A stretch of DNA of 64,000 nt from an uncultured Verrucomicrobiae bacterium (GTDB lineage: Bacteria; Verrucomicrobiota; Verrucomicrobiia; Chthoniobacterales; UBA10450), in the NCBI GenBank assembly GCA_963772365.1, contig CAVYXA010000001.1, positions 896,001 to 960,000 of the forward strand, in the 5' to 3' direction. The notes under the pieces were generated by a model. The model made no database searches. It had not been told where the DNA came from and saw only the letters and a program-made list of their open reading frames with translations. Positions within the stretch are counted from its first letter, which is position 1; each line of letters opens with the position of its first letter. Of this stretch, positions 59,550 through 64,000 are shown in pieces. Made by a program: the position numbers and the translations under genes.

Positions 59550-60014
59550 TCAACGGTGGATTGCGGGGACTTTTCGCAAAGGCCTGCTCTTCTTACCTAG
59601 CAACACGTGTATCACTAGCAGGATCGGCAAGGCCAGACCGACCGCCAGATGGATCCAGCTCGTCCAGGTACGCAGTTTTTCGCCGCCAGCATAATAAAGG
59701 GCATTGCCGGTCACGGTAAGAATGCCGAAGACGCCGAGGAACAGAGCGCCATTTCCGCGATTCCGGCCCGCGCGCCATGCTGCTTTCACGTGCCCGCTCA
59801 GCAATGTCCCGATGAACACTAGAATCGCCATTGCCGCGGCGCCGTGAATCTTCATTGCCCACGCTTCCGCAGTCATCACCCGATCCGACGACACCAAGAA
59901 ATAATTCCACCAGGCCCAGACGGCGCCGCTGAAAAAAAGAAGCGCGACCACAGCGTAAAGAAGAAATCTGTGGACAGGTCTCAATTGAATCGGGTCCGGT
60001 CCTTGACGTCGCAT
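59550..60014 (-). CDS. Four-TM His-containing cytochrome b-like membrane protein (DUF4405-like)
   Basis: His in or near TM helices: KIHG, SGHV, WIHL, VIHV. Confidence 0.75.
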   Translation of the reverse strand: MRRQGPDPIQLRPVHRFLLYAVVALLFFSGAVWAWWNYFLVSSDRVMTAEAWAMKIHGAAAMAILVFIGTLLSGHVKAAWRAGRNRGNGALFLGVFGILTVTGNALYYAGGEKLRTWTSWIHLAVGLALPILLVIHVLLGKKSRPLRKVPAIHR

Positions 60015-60865
60015 GATGATTGGAAGATCCAGCTCGGGGAACCGTCACGTTCGATTAATACTGCATCCGCGTGATGACGGACTAGAAGAGCCGCAGCTTT
60101 TTCCCGCAAGGCAAAAACGATTTTAGTCAACGCATCGGCTGTGATGCAATCGCCGGCGGCAACCGTTACACTGAAATGACTGAGAAGAGCGCGTCGTGTT
60201 CGCCCGTGAACGAGATGGGTTTGCCCATCTCGCCTCGAAAAATAATTCGCGGAAGTGGCGATGGCTTTGTTAGTCGCCCGGATCAATCCCGAGGCAGTCC
60301 CGGGACTTTTCGGATTGCGCAGATGAATCACACGCGATGTCGGTCCGAAAACGCGCACATCACCACCGGCATTGACAATTCCTTCCGAAACCCCGCGACG
60401 CCGCAGCACTTCGACCGCGCGATCTACCGCGAAACCCTTCGCGATTCCGCCAAGATCGACAATCAGTCGTCGGCGAAAGGATACTTCGCAGTTTCTCCGC
60501 AAAAAAATATCGCGCCACGAACCGCGGGCAATCGAGGGAAAGCCGTGATCGGGAAGATAATTCCATTTCACCAGCTGCGATGCGACGGTGACGTCGAACA
60601 CGCCATCAGTTTCTCGAGCAAACCGCTGCGCTGTCGTCATCACCTGCCATGTCCACGGATCGACTTTGACGCCTCTTGGAAAGGCCTCGCGATTCATACG
60701 CGTCACATCGCTGCCCGGATCGTGAAAGCTCATGAGTCGATGCACCTTTTCGATTGCAGCGAATGCAACATCGACATCGTCCGATGAACCATTGCAGGCG
60801 ATGTCTACAATCGTTCCCAACAACGGCCGAGCGCGGCGGATTTCAGCCTTTGAGCGCCACTTCAT
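59981..60865 (-). CDS. apbE: FAD:protein FMN transferase
   Basis: LLGT, GVFDVT, DLGGIAKGFAVD, NAGGD, ATSA, ADALT. Confidence 0.94.
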   Translation of the reverse strand: MKWRSKAEIRRARPLLGTIVDIACNGSSDDVDVAFAAIEKVHRLMSFHDPGSDVTRMNREAFPRGVKVDPWTWQVMTTAQRFARETDGVFDVTVASQLVKWNYLPDHGFPSIARGSWRDIFLRRNCEVSFRRRLIVDLGGIAKGFAVDRAVEVLRRRGVSEGIVNAGGDVRVFGPTSRVIHLRNPKSPGTASGLIRATNKAIATSANYFSRRDGQTHLVHGRTRRALLSHFSVTVAAGDCITADALTKIVFALREKAAALLVRHHADAVLIERDGSPSWIFQSSCDVKDRTRFN

Positions 60866-61367
60866 AAAATGCCAGCAATCGCTTCACGCCGTCGGTGACG
60901 TGGCGGCAGCTCAACGTAGCGCCGCCGATGTTCTTGATGTCGTTATCCAGTTTCAACGTGGAATTGCTTGTCTTGCCCACGAATTGGGACCGCCATTTTT
61001 CGTCCCGGATTTGATAGCCGTAAGTCTCGCGGTAATCCATGATCTCGATTTGCTTCACCGAGCCGTCCTTGTTCAGTCCGACCGCGTAAGTGATGAACTC
61101 GTGTTTGCCGATGACTTCATCGACAATGAACCAGCCGCCACCACTGACTCGCCAGACCGGTTCCTCATCGCGCAGTACCCGTACACCGCTTGCCCGCTCG
61201 ATCGCCTTTTTCTGCGCACTGGTGAGCTTCACCGGGGCGGCCGTAAAGGTTTTCCCCGGAAAAATTGCGTGCTGCGCCTGGTCGACAGTGAGATATTGCA
61301 CAGCGAACGCGGAAGGCGCCACCAGAGCTGAGATCGGCGCGGCAATGAAAATAAATTCCGATTTCAT
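60843..61367 (-). CDS. Secreted FMN-binding (flavinylated) domain protein
   Basis: Signal peptide; GKHEFITYAVG, YRETYG, W..QF.GK, NIGGATLS. Confidence 0.9.
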   Translation of the reverse strand: MKSEFIFIAAPISALVAPSAFAVQYLTVDQAQHAIFPGKTFTAAPVKLTSAQKKAIERASGVRVLRDEEPVWRVSGGGWFIVDEVIGKHEFITYAVGLNKDGSVKQIEIMDYRETYGYQIRDEKWRSQFVGKTSNSTLKLDNDIKNIGGATLSCRHVTDGVKRLLAFYEVALKG

Positions 61368-61379
61368 GCGAAGCTTCGC

Positions 61380-62227
61380 TCAGAAGTTGATCCCGATTTT
61401 CAGCCGCACGACTTGGCGGGTTTCTTCGGCAAAAGTCTGACCGTCGTCAGGCTCATCCACTCCCTTGCCATAAACCTGATAATTCCAGCTCAGCGTGGCC
61501 CACCAGCGCTGTTGTGAGTAATGGATACTCGGGCCGACATAGAAAACACGATGCTCGAAATTGTAAAGATCGAACTGTGGATATTCCCATCGTGTATGAA
61601 TCTCCGCTCCCGCGAACCAGTTTGGCGCAAATCGATAGGCAACCCCGGCCGCCCCTTCAAACGAAACCTCCTTTGGATATTGTTCGGCTGGTTGCTTACC
61701 CCAGGCCCATTCCACTCCAAGATCGAAAACGCAAGTCAGCGTGTCATCGAAGAAATCTTTTTGAAAATCGATCTCTGGTTTCACGTACCGTTCGTGCTGC
61801 TTCAATCCATCGACTTCGTCGCGCAGCAAATAACCGGCTTCGAGTCGCAACGCGATTCCGACCGGATCCTTGAACGGGCTCAATACTCGGTACTTGCCTG
61901 ACGCGGCGACCCCACCAAACCGAAAGTAGTTTCTGTCTACCAGCGCGTCTCGATCGCCAGTAACTTCATGATTATAAAAGTAATGTTGGTCCAGCGAGAT
62001 GCTCGCCTGAAAACAATCGATAAAACCGTACTCGTGTACTCGCTCTCGAAATGCCACCCCAGATACGTGCCCTGGCTCTTGCCTTCGTTTAGCGTAACAA
62101 ATTGGTAAATCTCGGACCGCTGAGCGGGAAGAGTTTCCGCGCCGCGCGCAAATCCGAACAGTTGCTCGTCCGCTTGCGCAATTGAGATGAAAAGAAAAAG
62201 CGGGAGCGCAAATCGCAAAATCTTCAT
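61380..62227 (-). pseudogene. Outer-membrane beta-barrel protein (DUF6662-like), frameshift near 62035; pseudogene or assembly error
   Basis: Signal peptide and DEQLFGFARGAETLP in one frame; EYGF...RLKIGINF in another; extra AC in GAGTAC-AC-GAGTAC. Confidence 0.8.
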
Positions 62228-62352
62228 CCATCTATCTTAAACATGCCGCTGCCGTTCCCGCTGCCGGACGGTTGCCATTTTTTAGCGCGGAATTGCAGAG
62301 CAACCGACCGCGCAAAGGACAACGCGCCATCAATGAGAGTGGCGCAACGCGA

Positions 62353-63813
62353 TCAGGCTTGTTTCGGTTTGAGCAAGGGAAACAAAATCACGTCCCGGAT
62401 AGATTCTGCCCCGGTGAGCAGCATCGTCAATCGATCGACGCCGATGCCGACCCCGCCAGCCGGCGGCATCCCGTGCTCGAGCGCGAGCAGAAATTCTTCG
62501 TCGATCTTTTGAGTCTCTTCACCGGCTTGCTCGAGCAAACGCTGACGCTGCACACCTGGGTCGTTCAATTCGCTATAGCCGGGCGCGATTTCCTGTCCGT
62601 TGATGATCAGCTCGAAAACATCGACAAGCGAATCGTCGTCGGCATTCTGTTTGGCCAGCGGCACCAGTTCTTTCGGAGTGTGAGTAACGAAAAGCGGATC
62701 AAACGTTTTCTCTTCAATCAGTTTCTCAAAAACATGCTGGGTGACTTCGAAATCGGCCAGTTGCGGCAGGATTTCTAATTTGAATTGCTCGGATGCGCGT
62801 TGACGCCGTTGCTCACTCGTAATTTCAAACCAATCATTACCCGCGACTTCACGGACAAGATCGCCGTAGCGGCCGCGTCGCCAGGGTCGCTTCAAATCAA
62901 TCGTGCGAACGACATTGCCATCGGCGTCTCGATGCTCGATTTGCAACGAGCCGCAAATCTTCTCGGCCAGATGACAGATCAATTCCTCGACGAGGTCGGC
63001 GATTTTTTCGAAATCGGCATAAGCCCAGTAGGCTTCGAGCATGGTGAACTCGGGATTGTGTTTCCGGGAGATCCCTTCGTTTCGAAAATTGCGATTGATC
63101 TCGAACACCTTGTTGAACCCGCCCACGAGCAAACGTTTCAAGTAAAGCTCCGGCGCAATCCGCATATACAGATCGATCCCGAGCGCTTTGTGATGGGTCT
63201 TGAACGGTTCGGCCGCGGCGCCTCCGGCAATTGTTTGGAGCATCGGCGTTTCCACTTCCAGAAAACCGCGATCTTCGAAAAAGCGGCGGGCCTCCCGCAC
63301 CATTGCGATCCGCTTTAAAAAGATCTCGCGCGATTGCTCGTTGGAAATAAGATCGAGATAGCGTTGCCGGTAACGCGCCTCGACGTCCTGCAAGCCATGC
63401 CATTTTTCGGGCAATGGCCGCACGGCTTTCGCCAATACCTGAAGCTTTTTCACCTTCAATGTCGGCTCGCCGGTTTTGGTCAAAAAACATTCACCCTCGA
63501 TGCCGATGAAATCGCCCAGATCGAGCAGTTGAAACAGTTCCATAGTTTCGGCGCCAATCTCTTTTGGGTGCAGGTAAATCTGGATTCGCCCCGTCACGTC
63601 CCGAAGATCGACAAAGTGACTCTTGCCCATGTCCCGATGCGCGGTGATCCGGCCTGCCACGCGCAAAATTTCGCCTTCTTGAAATTTCTCTCGCATCTGC
63701 GCGATCGATCCGCCCGGCTCGATAGCGCTGGCGCCGAACGGTGCGACCCCTCGTTCCCTTAAAGCGTCGATTTTCCTGCGACGCAGCGCGATCAATTCAT
63801 TTTCGTCGTCCAT
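62353..63813 (-). CDS. lysS: Lysine--tRNA ligase (class II)
   Basis: RYRQRYLDL, GGAAAEPF, LYMRIAPELYLK, FRNEG, HNPEF, GMPPAGG.GIGVDRL. Confidence 0.97.
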   Translation of the reverse strand: MDDENELIALRRRKIDALRERGVAPFGASAIEPGGSIAQMREKFQEGEILRVAGRITAHRDMGKSHFVDLRDVTGRIQIYLHPKEIGAETMELFQLLDLGDFIGIEGECFLTKTGEPTLKVKKLQVLAKAVRPLPEKWHGLQDVEARYRQRYLDLISNEQSREIFLKRIAMVREARRFFEDRGFLEVETPMLQTIAGGAAAEPFKTHHKALGIDLYMRIAPELYLKRLLVGGFNKVFEINRNFRNEGISRKHNPEFTMLEAYWAYADFEKIADLVEELICHLAEKICGSLQIEHRDADGNVVRTIDLKRPWRRGRYGDLVREVAGNDWFEITSEQRRQRASEQFKLEILPQLADFEVTQHVFEKLIEEKTFDPLFVTHTPKELVPLAKQNADDDSLVDVFELIINGQEIAPGYSELNDPGVQRQRLLEQAGEETQKIDEEFLLALEHGMPPAGGVGIGVDRLTMLLTGAESIRDVILFPLLKPKQA

Positions 63814-64000
63814 CTTTAGCGAGCGAATGTAAAAGCGGAGCGCGAAAATGAACAGCCCGAACGCCGAAGAAACTTTGTCGCTGCGATTCCAGCAGAAATC
63901 GAGGATCGACAATTGCGCTACCGACAAATCGGCTTGCGCCGCTGAAACGATCACTGATTCATTCCGCATGCCTCGGATTCATCGGCTGGATCTTCTTAGG

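Noticed and set aside
63814..63969. Long N-terminal extensions on lysS (also M13 peptidase, nuoC, sat, ruvX, hemA, Hsp70)
   Set aside because: Longest-ORF artefacts; family similarity begins at the downstream starts given in the features.

Overview
A gene-dense 64 kb bacterial window. The gene content (VPDSG-type CTERM protein, Pro/Thr-linker secreted proteins, ECF sigma plus kinase pair, sat-cysC and cobA-hemD fusions) is consistent with a soil Verrucomicrobium of the Chthoniobacterales type; this is an inference. Housekeeping genes include ymdB, infC, glgP, nuoBC, sat/cysC, truA, ruvX, manC, tamB with a BamA/TamA-family gene, rpsU, a ccsA-hemA-hemC-cobA/hemD operon, apt and lysS. The main candidates for a second look are: (1) an atypical chaperone triad of GrpE-like, lid-less Hsp70 and an HPD-less J-domain fused to an FGE-sulfatase domain; (2) an ECF sigma and Ser/Thr kinase module with an identical CGTAACC-N17-CAGTA motif before both the kinase and a downstream surface-protein operon; (3) an outer-membrane protein/FMN-binding/ApbE/cytochrome b flavinylation operon; (4) REP-like palindromes, one apparently in frame inside the BamA/TamA N-terminus; (5) a structured leader and non-AUG start on infC. 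Five 1-2 nt indels, including the one behind the apparent truA-kinase fusion, look like assembly errors. I found no rRNA, tRNA, CRISPR array or transposase.
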